From NCBI GenBank assembly GCA_977017645.1, contig OZ360220.1, positions 317,688,001 to 317,752,000 of the forward strand: a stretch of DNA of 64,000 nucleotides, written 5' to 3'. Below, one piece after another: positions 11,741 to 25,540 of the stretch. This DNA comes from Torpedo marmorata (taxonomy: Eukaryota). Position numbers and translations under genes: made by a program. The notes beneath the pieces were generated by a model that was given only the letters and a program-made list of their open reading frames with translations, was not told where the DNA came from and searched no databases. Positions within the stretch are counted from its first letter, which is position 1; each line of letters begins with the position of its first letter.

Positions 11741-14700
11741 TTACAGCACGGAAACAGGCCATTTGGCCCTTCTAGTCCTCACCGAACCAAACACTGCTCT
11801 CTAGTCCCACCTACCTGCACCCCGCCCATAACCCTCCACTTCCTTCTCATCCATATACCTGTCCAACTTTTCCTTAAATAATAAAATTGACTCTGCTGCC
11901 ACTACTTCTCACGGAAGCTCATTCCACACCGCTACCACTCTCTGAGTAAAGAAGTTCCCCCTCATGTTACTTCTAAACCTCTGCCCCTTAACTCTTAACT
12001 CATGTCCTCTTGTTTCAATCTCTCCTACTCTTAACGGAAATAGTCTATCCACATCCACTCTGTGTATCCCTTTCATAATCTTAAATACCTCTATCAAATC
12101 CTCTCTCAACCTTCTACGCTCCAAAGAATAAAGGCCCAGTTTGCTCAATCTCTCCTTGTACTCTAGATGCTTAAACCCAGGTAACATTCTGGTAAATCTT
12201 CTCTGCACTCTCTCCACTTTGTTGATATCCTTCCTATAATTTGGCGACCAGAACTGCACACAGAACTCTAAATTAGGCCGCACCAACGCCTTATACAATC
12301 TCAACATCACTTCCCAACTCCTATATTCTATGCAATGATTGATAAAGGGAAGCATACTAAAAGCCTTCTTCACCACCCTGTTCACATGAGTTTCTACCTT
12401 CAGGGAACGATGCACCGTTATTCCTAAATCTTTCTGCTCTTCTGTATTCATCAATGCTCTCCCATTTACTACGTATGTCCTGTTCTGATTCTTCTTACCA
12501 AAATGAAGCACCTCACACTTATCAGCATTAAACTCCATCTGCCATTTTTCAGCCCACTTTTCTAAGCAGCCCAAATCCCTCTGCAATCCTTGAAAACCTT
12601 CTTCATTATCCACTATTCCACCTATCTTAGTATCATCTGCATATTTACTAATCCAGTTCACCACACCATCATCTAGATCATTGATGTATATAACGAACAA
12701 CAATGGGCCCAATACACATCCCTGAGGCACACCGCTGGTCACCGGCCTCCAACCTGACAGACAATTATCCACTACCACTCTCTGGCCTCTCCCTTCCAGC
12801 CAATGTTCAATCCATTTGACTATCTCAAAATTTATACCTAAAGACTGCACCTTCCAAACTAACCTTCCATGTGGAACCTTATCGAAGGCCTTACTGAAGT
12901 CCATATAGACAACATCCACTGCGCTACCCTCATCCACATTCCTAGTCACCTCTTCAAAAAATTCAATCAGATTGGTCAAACAGGACCTCCCGCTCACAAA
13001 TCCATGTTGAGTGTTCCTGATCAGACCCTGTCTATCCAGATATTTATAAGTACTATCTCTAAGAACTTTCTCCATTAATTTACCCACCACAGACGTCAAA
13101 CTCACAGGCCGATAATTGCCAGGCTTCCTCCTTGAACCCTTTTTAAATAACGGAACCACATGCGCAATACGCCAATCCTTCGGCACTATCCCCATCTCTA
13201 ATGACATTTGGAAAATCACCGTCAGAGCTTCTGCTATTTCCTCACTTACTTCTCTCAAGGTCCTGGGGAAGATCCCGTCGGGTCCCGGAGACTTATCCAC
13301 CTTTATATGCCTCAAAAGCTCTAACACTACAACTTTCGTAATCACTATATTCTCCATATTTACCCAATTTGCTTTTTTTATCTCGCATAACTCAATATCC
13401 TTCTCCTTGGTGAATACCGAAGAAAAGAAACTGTTCAATATCTCCCCCATTTCTCTAGGCTCCACACACAGTTTTCCGCTCTGATTCTCTAAGGGACCAA
13501 TTTTGTCCCTCGCTTTCCTTTTACCATTAACGTATTTGTAGAAACCTTTTGGATTAATTTTCACCCTGCTTGCTATAGTCTCCTCGTACATTCTTTTAGC
13601 TTTCCTAATTCCTCTCTTAAGATTCTTTTTACATTCAATGTATTTTTCAAACATCTCGTTAATTCCATGCTTCTTATACATAATGTACGCCTCCCTTTTT
13701 TTTCGAACCAAGTTTCCAATATTCCTCGAAAACCACGGCTCTCTGAAGATGGGTTTCCATCAGAATTTTATAAAGAGTTTAAAGATTTATTAATACCTCC
13801 ATATATGGAAGTATTGCATCAGATTACGGAAACTCATTCACTACCGAAAACTTTTTAAAATGCAATAATTACAGTTATACCAAAGAAGGATAGGGATGTA
13901 TTAAAAACTGAATCTTATAGGCCTATTTCATTATTAAATGTAGATTATAAAATAATGGCAAAAATTTAGCAAATAGAATGGTTAATTATTTGCCAGATTT
14001 GATTCATGTAGATCAAGCAGGTTTTATTAAGAATAGATATTCAAAAGATAATATAGCTAGATTGATTAGTTTAATTAATTTGCATAAAAAGAAACAAGAT
14101 TTACCATTAGTTTTAACATTAGACGCTGAAAAGGCTTTTGATAGATTAGAGTGGAATTTTTTATTTAAGATATTGGAAAAATTTGGCTTTGGAAATACAT
14201 TTATTAATTGGATTAAAACTATATATAAAGAACCATCTGCTAAAGTAGTTACAAATGGACAAATTTCCTCAAAATTTCCTTTGACTCGTTCTACTAGACA
14301 GGGATGTCCTCTGTCACCAGCATTATTTATTTTGGCGATAGAACCTGTGGCTGAATTAGTTAAAAAAGATCCTAAAATAGTTGGTATTAAAGTTGGTACG
14401 GAAGAACATAAAATTAGCTTGTTTGCGGATGATGTACTGATATATATGACAAAATCCATTACATCACTTCAACAATTATCTATTATATTAAGAGATTATG
14501 GGGAAATATCTGGATATAAAATTAATTCTGATAAAAGTGAAATAATGGCATTATCTCAAGGTGATTATAGTAGATGTAAAGAAATTACACAATTTAAATG
14601 GGCAAAGGAGGGAATTAAATATTTGGGAGTAAAGGTTGATATAAAATTGGATAATTTATATAAACTAAATTATTTACCATTATTTGCGAAAATAAATAAA

Positions 14701-16606
14701 GATTTAGAGAATTGGAAAGATTTACCTATAACTTTAATAGGAAGGGTAAACTGTATTAAAATGAATATTTTCCAAGAATTCAGTATCTTTTTCAATCAAT
14801 TCCTTATGGAATTCCTCAAAAACTTTTTAAAGATTTAAATTTTATTATTATAAAATTTTTATGGAAAGGAAAGTTAGCAAGAGTAAGTATGGAAAAATTA
14901 ACTTGGAATTATGAAATGGGTGGTTTACAACTTCCTAATTTTCAAAATTATTATAAAGCAGCTCAATTAAAATTTGTTAATGAATTTTTTGATTCAACTA
15001 AATCTTCTGCTTGGATTAAGATAGAATTAAATAATATAGGAGAAGATTTCAAAGAAGAAATTATTTATAAATGGGATTCTAAACTAATATCAATAAAAAA
15101 GAAGAATTCGCCCATTTTAAAATATTTGTTAGAAATATGGAATAAGACGGATAAGGAAATAGGAGCAAAAGGATTAGTTTCTTCAAAGATGCCTTTATAT
15201 CAAAATGAACTTATTCCATTTACTATTAATAATCAATTATTTAAAATTTGGTTTCAAAAAGGAGTTAAGAAGATTAGTGATTGTTTTGAAGATGGGAAAT
15301 TTATTACGTTTCAAAGAATGAAAGATAAATTTAATGTATTAGATAATACATTTCTGGCTTATTATCAAATTAAAGCTTTTTTGACTGAGAAATTAGGTTA
15401 TGTTTTGACTTTACCAAGACAAAATGAATTAGAATTATTAGTTACTAATGGAGATGTTAATAAATTTATTTCTCAGATGTATAAATTGTTTCAGAGGAAA
15501 ATGCCTAAAGTAGGATTGCATAAATCAAGATTAAAATGGGAATTAGATTTGAATGTAAATATAGATGAAAATCACTGGAAAGAATTATGTAAATTAAGTA
15601 TGACGAAGATTATTAACGTTAGATATAGATTAGTTCAATATAATTTTTTTCATCAATTATATTTAACACCTAAAAAATTAAAGAAATTTAATCCGGCATT
15701 ATCAGGTTTATGTTTTAGATGTAATAAAGAAGAAGGGTCTTTTGTACATTGTACATGGTTTTGTCCAAAAGTTTATGATTTTTGGTTGAAAGTTTAAAAT
15801 TTTTTAGATAAAGTATTTAAGATCACATTTCCAATAGATCCTATGATATTCTTGTTTGGAGATATTAAAAAATGTAGTATTAAGAAGAAATTAAATATGT
15901 ATCAAGTAGAATTTTTGCGAATTGCTTTAGCTGTTTCAAAAAAATGCATCGCTATTACTTGGAAATCGGATTTAGATTTAGGATTAGAAAGATGGCATGC
16001 AGAACTTCGTTCGTGTAACCACTTGAAAAAATTACTTATAATTTACGTAACAAATATCATTTTTTCTTAAAAATTTAGAGCCCATATATGAAGGCTGTGG
16101 GTTTAAGGATTTGATGATCTCTGGATATCGGATCTACTGGCATTTTTGACCTCCATAATAGAATTAGTTTATAGATGGCATTCCCCTTACTCTATCTTTT
16201 TCTTTCTTTCTTTTATTTTTACTTTTATTTTTTATTAGTTTAGTGGGGATGGGGGGTTAGGGAGGTGAGGGAGGGAGGGGGGGTGAAAATGTATCACTTG
16301 TATTTTGATAATTTTATATTCTATTTTATGTATCTTGTGATTTAAAAATTTAAATAAAATATTTTTAAAAAAATAAAGTGCACAAGTAAGAGTCCTTAAA
16401 AAAAAAAAAAAAAGAAGAAAACCACGGCTCTCTCAAACCTTTTGCCCCTCCTTTTAACCTAACAGGAACATAAAGCTTTTGCACTCTCAAAATCTGATCT
16501 TTAAAAGACTTCCATCTCTCTACTACATCCTGCCCATAAAACAAATTGTCCCAATGCACACCCTGTAAGTCCTTTCGCATCTCCTCAAATCTAGCTTTTC
16601 CCCAAT
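11738..16606 (-). mobile_element. CR1 LINE (5'-truncated) inserted in Gypsy gag
   Basis: 600-aa RT ORF 11909-13711 (YADD) whose upstream part lies at 16417-16606; caatta at both junctions. Confidence 0.92.
13745..16416 (+). mobile_element. L1 family A, 5'-truncated, inserted in CR1
   Basis: RT (DAEKAFD, RQGCPLSP, FADD), CFRC...HCTWFC zinc knuckle, poly(A); 17-bp TSD gaaaaccacggctctct at 13728-13744 and 16417-16433. Confidence 0.95.
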
Positions 16607-16881
16607 TATTTGTAACTCCATTTTTTTTAAATGACAGCTTTACCCCCTCAATTCCCAACCTTTGGGCTATAGTTACTGAATCACTTCTTGTCGCCTTCTG
16701 CAATTCTGCAAAGATTGGCGATGTCGAAAATTGTTCTATATCCATTGCTGTTGTTTTGTTTCCACACACTCAAGCCTTTTAATTGGCTTTCAAAAAGAAA
16801 TTTAACAAAACAAATCGAAAATTAATTGATCAAATAAGCTCTCATTAAGCTCATAAATCTTTGGTAAAAATCACGAACGAG

Positions 16882-18804
16882 GAACTAACAAACCCTGTTA
16901 GTACTAACAAAGGAACAGCAATGGAAGATGCGCCAGACAATGGTAATTCAAAAGAATAGTTTTATTTAAACTATTAATAATATAACATATATTACTTATC
17001 TCTAAACTTAACTCTAACTTAAACCCCACTATGCGCAAATGTAAATGTGTGTGTGCTAAAGTCCAAACTATTTCAGTTTAAACTTAAATCTGAAAAGTCA
17101 CTGTCAAAGTCCAGTTTCAAACTTCTCGTTGTATTTCAAGATCTTTTTAAACTCACGAGTCTTTTGGTGAGTTGTCTTCAGACGAGTGTTTTCACAAGTT
17201 TCCTCCTATCTTGTTAGGGTTATGAAACTATGATCTTCACGATGATTTCTTTCTTAATCAGGAGTAACATATGGTGATGTATTTTCTTAAAAGCAATTGG
17301 AAAGTGGTCTTACTTATTTTAAAAGCCACTTACTATGTATTACCTATGAAAAGGATAAAAAAGGATAATACACAGAGACAGTACCTCTATCCATTCAGAG
17401 ATCACTGCTCAAATAATTATGTCTTTCCAGAACCATATAACCATATAACAATTACATCACAGAAACAGGCCCGTTCGGCCCTTCTAGTCATGCCGAACAC
17501 CTTCTCCCACCTAGTCCCACTGACCCGCACCCGGCCCATAACCCTCCACACCTCTCTCGTCCATATACCTATCCAACTTTTCCTTAAACATTAAAATTGA
17601 ACCTGCATCTACCACTTTGGCCGGAAGCTCGTTCCACCCTCCCACCACCCTCTGAGTGAAGAAATTCCCCCTCATGTTTCCTCTAAACTTTTCCCCCTTC
17701 AATCTCAATCCATGCCCTCGTGTTTGAATCTTCCCCACTCTCAATGGAAAAAGCCTGTCCACGTTGACTATCTGTCCCCTTCATAATTTTAAATACCTCT
17801 ATCAAATCACCCCTCAATCTTCTGCACTCCAGGGAATAAAGTCCCAGCCTGCTCAACCTTTCCCTGTAACTCAAACCCAGAAACCCATGCAACATTCTTG
17901 TAAATCTCCTCTGCACTCTCTCTATTCTGTTTATATCCTTCCTATAATTAGGCGACCAAAACTGCACACAATATTCCAAATTTGGCCTCACTAATGCCTT
18001 ATACAACTTCAACATGACATCCCAACTCCTGTATTCAATACTCTGATTTATGAAGGCCAACATACCAAATGCTTTCTTCACCACCCTATCTACGTGTGAC
18101 TCAACTTTCAGGGAATTATGTACCAGAATTCCTAAATCTCTCTGTTCTACTGCACTTCTCAATTGTCTTCCATTTAACATGTATGACCTTTGCTGATTAG
18201 TCCTACCAAAATGTATCACCTCACATTTATCAGTATTAAACTCCATCTGCCATGTTTCAGCCCACTCTTCTAACTGTCCTATATCCCCCTGCAAGCTTTG
18301 ATAACCCTCTTCACTATCCACAACACCACCAATCTTCGTATCATCTGCATACTTACTAATCCAATTTACCACCCTATCATCTAGATCAAAGTTCTTCAGA
18401 CTGCTTCAATCCCTGTTCTTTCAGGGTTCTTAAGTTTCTTCAGTCTGGTACAGTCTGATTCAAAATGTCTGATTTCTTGAATAATATGGGTCTCTGACAT
18501 CATGTGACATTACATCATCAATGACATCAGTCTGAATTCTTGGAAACCATGTGACCACTTCCTAGAATCGTTACAGTGGCCAGCTCCAGTTTCTTGGAAA
18601 CCATGTGACCTTTATAACTCTGTTTTTGCAGAAGTCACGACTCCGAGAGATTATCTCACTTCTCTTAGTAATGTTTTTTTTCTGCAAATGTGCTGTGACC
18701 TGTGTGTGATCCTGTACCAGCCCACAACTAACCTTACTTAACAATATATATAATTCTATAACTTAACTTTAAATATTAATACTAACATTAACACATCCGT
18801 TACA
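16882..18804 (-). repeat. 5' LTR interrupted by CR1, inner terminus eroded
   Basis: matches 6229-7173; the first bases (tgttac) are missing. Confidence 0.88.
17433..18385 (-). mobile_element. CR1 3' fragment inserted in the LTR
   Basis: ORF 17683-18372 (YADD, LVRPNLEYC); (ttatatgg)n tail; absent from the other LTR. Confidence 0.92.
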
Positions 18805-19683
18805 ATAGAAACATATAAAATTATGAAAGGCATAGATAAGACAGAGGCAGTAAAGTTGTTCCCATTGGTGGGGGAGACTAGAAATAGGGGACATAGCCTC
18901 AAAATCCAGGGTAATATATTTAGAATGGCGATGAGGAGTAACTGCTTTTCCCAGAGGGAAATCTATGAAATTTGCTGCCCATTGAAGCAGTGGAGTCCAC
19001 GTTAAGGGATACGGGGAAAAGGCAGGGAGGTGGAGATGAGACCATCATCAGATCAGCCGTGATCTCATTGAATGGAGGAGCAGGCTCGACGGGCCGGACG
19101 GCCGACTTTTGCTCACATTCCTTATGTTCTTAAATCACATTTAAGTTGCAGAGAAAGGGAAAGGATGGAGAGAACAAAGAATGTTTGTGATAGGCTGATG
19201 ACTGACCGACTCATGTGGTGTTCAGTGATGGCTGTGAGAGGATGGTGAAGGTTTATTAATTACAAATGATCTGACAGTGATGCAAGGAGAAGATAAATGA
19301 CAACAGGAAGTGAGAGAGAGAAAGAAAAAGTGAAAGCAAAAACATGTCGATATAGAAGATCCAAAATGAAGAACCAGAACCACAACCAGGATGCTGGAAA
19401 TCTGAAATAAAACTGACAATGCTGGAAATACTCAACATATCAAGCAGAATATGTGGCAGAGGAAACCAGAGATACTGCTGGTCAGTTATGATATAAACTA
19501 GAAAGGCTAATTATCTGAAGTTGTTCAATTCTCAGGGCGGAAGTTGAAATGCCATTTTTTCAGATTGCATTGGGTTTCATTTAGGATTCTTAACAGTGTG
19601 GAGGAACAGAGAGATCTTGGGGACCAGGTCCATCGATCCCTCAAGGTTGTCACACAAGTTGATAGGGTGGTTAAGTAGGCATT

Positions 19684-20161
19684 ACACGACATTACAGACA
19701 AAACCCTCCCCACTATTGAGAACATCTACAGGGAACGCTGCCGTTGGAGGGCAACAGCAATCATCAAAGACCCACACCACCCAGCACACGCTCTGTTCTC
19801 GCTGCTGCCATCAGGAAAGAGGTATAGGTGCCACAAGACTCGCACCTCCAGGTTCAGGAACAGCTGCTACCCCTCTACCATCAGAATCTTCAACGACAAA
19901 CTCAATCAGAGACTCATTTAAGGACTCTTACTTGGGCACTTTATTGATTTTCTTTGCTCTCCCTGTATTGCACAGTCAGTTTGTTTACATTCGTTATCTG
20001 TTTACAGTTCTTTTGATTGTTTACATGTTTACGCTGTGTACAGTTTTTTTTGGGTTTTTTTGCACTGCCAATTAGTGGTAATTCTGCTGCGCCCGCAGGA
20101 AAAAAGGAATCTCAGGGTTTTATGTGATGTCATGTATGTACTCTGACAATAAATCTGAAAT
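19684..20161 (+). mobile_element. Rex1/Babar-like LINE 3' end
   Basis: encodes KDPHHPAHALFSLLPSGKRY; tail aataaatctgaaat. Confidence 0.8.
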
Positions 20162-20200
20162 ATGGTGTGTTGGCCTTCATTAGTCAGGGGATTGAGTTCA

Positions 20201-22559
20201 ATAGACAATAGACAATAGGAGCTGGAGTAGGCCCTTCGGCCCGTCGAGCCAGCACCGCCATTTTACAGATCATGGCTGATCACTACTATCAGTACCCCTT
20301 ACCAGCCTTATCCCCATAACCCTTAAATCCTCTGCCCATTAGAGTCTTATCTAACTCTCTTTTGAACATAATCAGCGAATCTGCCTCTACCACCCTCTGT
20401 GGCAGAGCATTCCACAGATTCACACTTCTCTGGCTAAAGAAATTTTTTCTCATCTCCGTCCTAAAGGGCCTTCCCTGAATTCTTAAACTATGCCCTCTAG
20501 TCCTCGTCTCTCCCATCATTGGGAACAAGTAATCTGACTTCACCCTGTCTATCCCCTTGATAATTTTGTAAACCTCAATCATATCCCCCCTCATCCTCCT
20601 AAACTCCATCGAATATAAGTCCAGTTTTTCTAACCTTTCAGCATATGTCAACCCTGCCATTCCTGGAACTAACCTTGTAAATCTGCGCTGCACACCCTCT
20701 ATAGCTAGTATGTCCTTCCTCAAATTTGGAGACCAGAACTGGACGCAATACTCCAGGTGGGGTCTCACCAGGGCCCTTAACTGCAGAAGGGCGTCTCTGC
20801 TCCTATAGTCCAATCCCCTCTTTATGAAAGCCAACATGCCATTTGCCTTCTTCACAGCTTTCTGTACCTGCATGTTAGCCTTCAGTGACTGGTGAACAAG
20901 TACACCCAGATCCATTTGCACTTCCCCACTCCCTAGCTTGTCACCATTTAGATAATACTCTGCTTTCCTATTACTGCCCCCAAAATGGATAACCTCACAT
21001 TTGCTCACATTGAACTTCATTTTCCATTCTTCAGCCCACTCCCCCAACCTGTCCAAGTCCCTCTGCATTTTCCTGACATCCTCTTCACACTTTACACCGC
21101 CACCCAGTTTAGTGTCATCTGCAAATTTACTCAAGTTATTAATAATCCCATCATCCAAATCATTTACATAAATGACAAACAACTGAGGACCCAACACCGA
21201 TCCCTGCGGCACTCCACTCGTCACATCCTGCCATCCTGAAAAAGACCCGCTTACCCCAACCCTTTGTTTCCTATTTCTTAACCAATTTCCTATCCACGTC
21301 AGCACCTTACCATCAATACCATGCTCCCTGATCTTGCCCACTAGTCTCCCGTGCGGTACCTTATCAAAGGCCTTCTGGAAGTCCAAATACACCACATCCA
21401 CTGGCTCTCCCAAGTCCACCCTCTTTGTCACATCTTCAAAAAATTCCAGAAGGTTAGTCAAGCATGACTTACCCTTAAGGAATCCATGCTGACTAGCCCT
21501 TATACTATTATTTCTGCCTAAGTGTTCTGCTATTACTCCTTTTATGATGGATTCCAATATCTTCCCCACCACTGACGTCAGGCTGACTGGTCTATAATTT
21601 CCCGTTTTTTCCCTCCCTCCCTTCTTAAAAAGCGGCACCACATCAGCCACTCTCCAATCCACAGGTACCTCCCCCGAATCTATGGAGCTTTGGAAAATGT
21701 CGACCAGTGCCTCCACAATTTCCAGAGCAACCTCTTTAAGCACCCTGGGATGCAGCCCATCAGGCCCTGGGGATTTATTAGCCCTCAGTCCCAACAATTT
21801 ACTCTCAACCTCCTGCTTCTGGATCCTAATATCTATCAGATTCCCTACTTCCCCAGGAAAGTTCCCCCAGTCTCCTGATACCGCATGACCACTACCCCCT
21901 AACTGACCAACACCTATATCTTCCTTGGTGAAGACAGATGCAAAGTATTTGTTAAATTCCTCAGCCATTTCCTTGTTTTCAGTAATAATTTCACCCTTTT
22001 CCATTCTTAATGGACCAATTTTAGACCGAACCAATTTCTTCCTCTTCACATATTTAAAAAAGCTTTTGCTATCCTCTATTATATTACTTGCTAATTTCTT
22101 CTCATACTTCATTTTCCCCTCCCGTATGACTTTCTTAGTTACCCTCTGATGTTCTTTGAAGGTTTCCCAATCCTCAAGCTTCCCACTCCGCTTCGCTATC
22201 TTATACTTACTCCCTTTGGACTTGATAATACACTTGATTTCTTTAGTTAGCCACGGCTGCCTTTTGCATCTCCTTGAGCCTTTCCTCCACTTTGGAATGA
22301 ATTTATCCTGAATCCTGCGAAAAATGTTCAAAAATACCTGCCATTTTTCCCCAGTTGTCCTCCCAGCTAGTGTATTATTCCATTTTATTTTGGCTAGCTC
22401 TTCCCTCATAGCTGCATAATCTCCTTTATTTAACTGCAGTATAGATGCTTCCGACTTCCTTTCTTTTTCCCTTTCCAGTTGAATATCAAAAGTAACCATA
22501 CCATGGTCACTATTCCCTAATGGCACCCCTACCTCGAGGTCGCTTATTAACTCTGCCAT
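20201..22559 (-). mobile_element. CR1 LINE, 5'-truncated, 756-aa uninterrupted ORF2 part
   Basis: SDH end of endonuclease, RT ([13 protein letters not shown]); (tattgtc)n tail. Confidence 0.95.
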
Positions 22560-23989
22560 GAGGTAATGTTACAGCTCTATGAAACTCTGGTTAGACCACA
22601 CTCAGAGTATTGTATTCAGTCTGGTCACCTCATTACACGAAGGATATACTGTAGATGCTTTGGCAAGGGTGCAGAGGAGATTTACCAGGATGATGCCAGG
22701 ATTGGAGAATATGTCATATGAAAGAAGGTTGACAGAACTAGGGCTTTGTTCTTTGGGGTGACAAAGGATGAGGGGTGACTTAATAGAGGTATATAAGATT
22801 TTTGAGGGGCCTGGATAGGCTGGACAGCCAGCACCTTTTTCCTGGGGTGACAATAGCAAATAACAGGACATCAGTACAAGGTGAGTGGAAGAAAGTTTAG
22901 GGAATATGTCAGAGGTAAGTTTTTTTACTCAGAGAGGGGAAGGTGCCAGGGATGGTGGTGGAGGCTGATACAATAGGGACATTCAAAAGGCTCTTAGATG
23001 AGCATGTGGATGTAAGAAAAATAGAGGGTAAAATGAGAGGTAGGGAAAAATTAGATTGTCACGGAGTAGGTTTACATGGGTTGGCACAAATCATGGCATG
23101 AATGGCCTGCACTGTGCTGGAATGTTTGGAGTTCTGTGTTCTACTAGAATAGTGCAAGAATCCAAAGACAGAGAGTTAGAATAGGAGAAGGCTGGCAAAT
23201 TACATTTTCAGGCATCTCGGAGAGTTTAATGGACATTCATGATCTTACTCTTCCCAATGGCACCAACCTACTCTCCTTCAAAGCTTTCCTAGTCCACATT
23301 CCACTTCATCCTTTACTGGTGCTTCAACAAAAGAGATTTTTCATTCAGTTCAAGGCTCAGAGATCAAAAACTTCAACAACTCATACAACTCCCAATCTTT
23401 CTTCTCGTTACTTGCTGTTGATCCACCTCTCCTTCAAGCTTCTGCCCTGTACTGTTTACACTCCCCTTCTGATCTTCCCCTCTCTGACGCGTCATGACAT
23501 CATTGAATGGCAAATCAGGCTCGAGTGGCTTTCTGCCACCTCCAGATCTCTGCGGTCACATGATCACATCATTGAGGACTAAATATCCAGATCATTATCT
23601 TTCCTGGTACGACTAGGGAAAGCGTGACGGCTGCTCTGGACCTCAGGTACAAGAGTCAGGACAGTTACTGCTGCCACAGAGGGTGTTCACACCAGGATTA
23701 TGACTGACAGCATGACGACTGTTTGAGCAGGATTCCCACCCATCCATTGAGGAAGCTGCTGTGAAAGAATCTGTTTTGCCTGTTATGTTAAATGCTACAA
23801 CCCCAGTTTGACCATTGTCATGAATGATCTTTTTACTTCACTTTCACCATGTTGCCTATGTATTTTTAAATCCAAAATGGCATTGGAGTGTGGTGATTTT
23901 TTTTTTTTTTGCTATGTCTGAATACCACTCAAAACAAAGATTTTCACTGTATCATTACACGTGACAATAAGCTAAACTCTCATGCTGCA

Positions 23990-25540
23990 TCTGCCAGGTG
24001 TCTTGTTATTTCTTTCTTAATGATAGCTTCAAGCATTTTCCTAACTACATACGTTAAGCTAACTGGTTTATAGTTACCTGCCTTTTATCTAAATCAGTTT
24101 TTTTTTTAAAAACAGTGGCGTGACATTTGCTATCTTACAATCTGCTACGACTTGTCCAGATTATCACAAACGCCTCTACTATAACTTCCACTATTTCTTT
24201 CATTACCGTGTAATTCATTCCATCGGTTCCAGGAGACTTAATCAAACTTTAGGCTTAATAGTTTGCTAGCACTACCTCTTTAGTGATCAAAATTATATTA
24301 AAATCTGCACCTCACATCACACTCATAACTTCTTTGTTTGGCATGTCCTCCACCACAAAAACTGATATATATTGTCGTTCAAAGTCTTGGCCAGTTCTGC
24401 ATTACCTCCTTACCATTAATTGCCCATCCTCATCTTCAAAGGGACTTGAGTTCACTTTAGCTATCATCTTCCACTTTACAAAATTATAAAAACTTTGACT
24501 ATATGTTTTTATATTGTTATGGACCATGACTGACAATTTGGACTGTGGACGGTAAGCAGGAAGGATGAAGTCTTTTGGAGTATACACTGGGACCTGGTAC
24601 TGAAAGAGTTAACTTGCCCAGGACTTCTTGTATTTACCAGAGAGAGACATCAGGGGGAGACAAACTGTGGAAAGATACTTGGGTGTGAAACTTTGGAAGA
24701 AGACAGCTAGAGAAAACTCTCTCTCTACTGTAAGGCCTGAAGTGGAAAACTGAATCAGTGGCAGTTTTGGAGTTGCAAAGGCGGGAGAACTCAGCAGGAT
24801 CCAGGCTTGTGCATCCCAGAGAAGAAGTTGGGAGAATAGCACAGAGTCTCTTGAATCAGAAAAGTCCAGGCTTGTGCATCCCAGGGGAAACGGCTGGGAG
24901 AAATACAGGGCCTGGTAATTCAACAAAATCCTGAGTTGTGAGAACAGCTTTTGTGAGGAACCGGCTGTGGGATCCAAGTACACGCCTTAATCCAAAACGG
25001 ATCTGAATTTGCGATCCTTGTGAAAACACCAGAAGGGAAAGTCATCAGAGAAGAAAAGAAAGCCAAGTATTCGTAAGCATAAACAGTCATTGTCTCTCAC
25101 CAACATTCATTAAGAAGTCCTTCTTGCCAGCACACAGAGCTGAATTTGGACCCTGAACATAGAGAGTGAAATTTTGTGGACTGTATTTTTTTTTTAACTG
25201 ACTTATTTTTATGACTGACCTGGGGTTTTTGGGGAAAGTTTTTCCATTTTTACATGAGGGTTGGGCACAGACTGTAATGGTCTGGGCTTTACACACACAC
25301 ACACCTTTTAGATAAGAATAGTGTTTATAGACATTTATAGTGGGGTTAATTGCTGTGAAATTATATGTTTAATTGTCTTTAATAAATATAAATTTCAATT
25401 TTACCCCTTTTGCATTGCGTCTTCTGTTTTTGCTGGTTTGAATTTGTAACAATATTTTGTGCAAATTTACTTTCATATTTTATCTTCCCCTGTTGCTTGT
25501 TGAATCATTATTTAAAGTTTTCCCAATCTTCCAGTTTCCC
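23990..25540 (-). mobile_element. Degenerate CR1 fragment split by a solo LTR
   Basis: NFVKWKMIAKVNSSPFEDEDGQL remnant; CR1-like sequence resumes after 25455. Confidence 0.65.
24515..25451 (+). mobile_element. Solo LTR (937 bp)
   Basis: tgtta...taaca termini; ATAT TSD at 24511-24514 and 25452-25455; AATAAA at 25381. Confidence 0.8.

Larger units (their letters stand above)
6223..18804 (-). mobile_element. Two-LTR Gypsy retrotransposon, Gmr1-type domain order, degenerate, with nested LINEs
   Basis: TG...CA ends; ATAG TSD at 6219-6222 and 18805-18808; gag with CNYCKKPGHVVANC knuckle, protease LRDTGA, integrase, RT (YIDD), RNase H (DASD); polypurine tract next to 7173. Confidence 0.95.
4040..19130 (+). 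mobile_element. Old CR1 LINE ORF2 broken into pieces (about 4040-4300, 5050-6108, 6207-6222, 18805-19130) by later insertions
   Basis: RT motifs (NYRPVSLTS, QHGF, YLDFQK, VQRRFTRL) continue across each insertion; gatcttATAG rejoins aaacatataaaattatg. Confidence 0.85.
19587..23140 (+). mobile_element. CR1 3' fragment split by two insertions (about 19587-19683, 20162-20200, 22557-23140)
   Basis: the CR1 RT C-terminal sequence is continuous once the inserts are removed. Confidence 0.8.

Noticed and set aside
20289-22559. Active autonomous or domesticated RT gene
   Set aside because: 5'-truncated CR1 lacking most of the endonuclease and any promoter; simply a young insertion.
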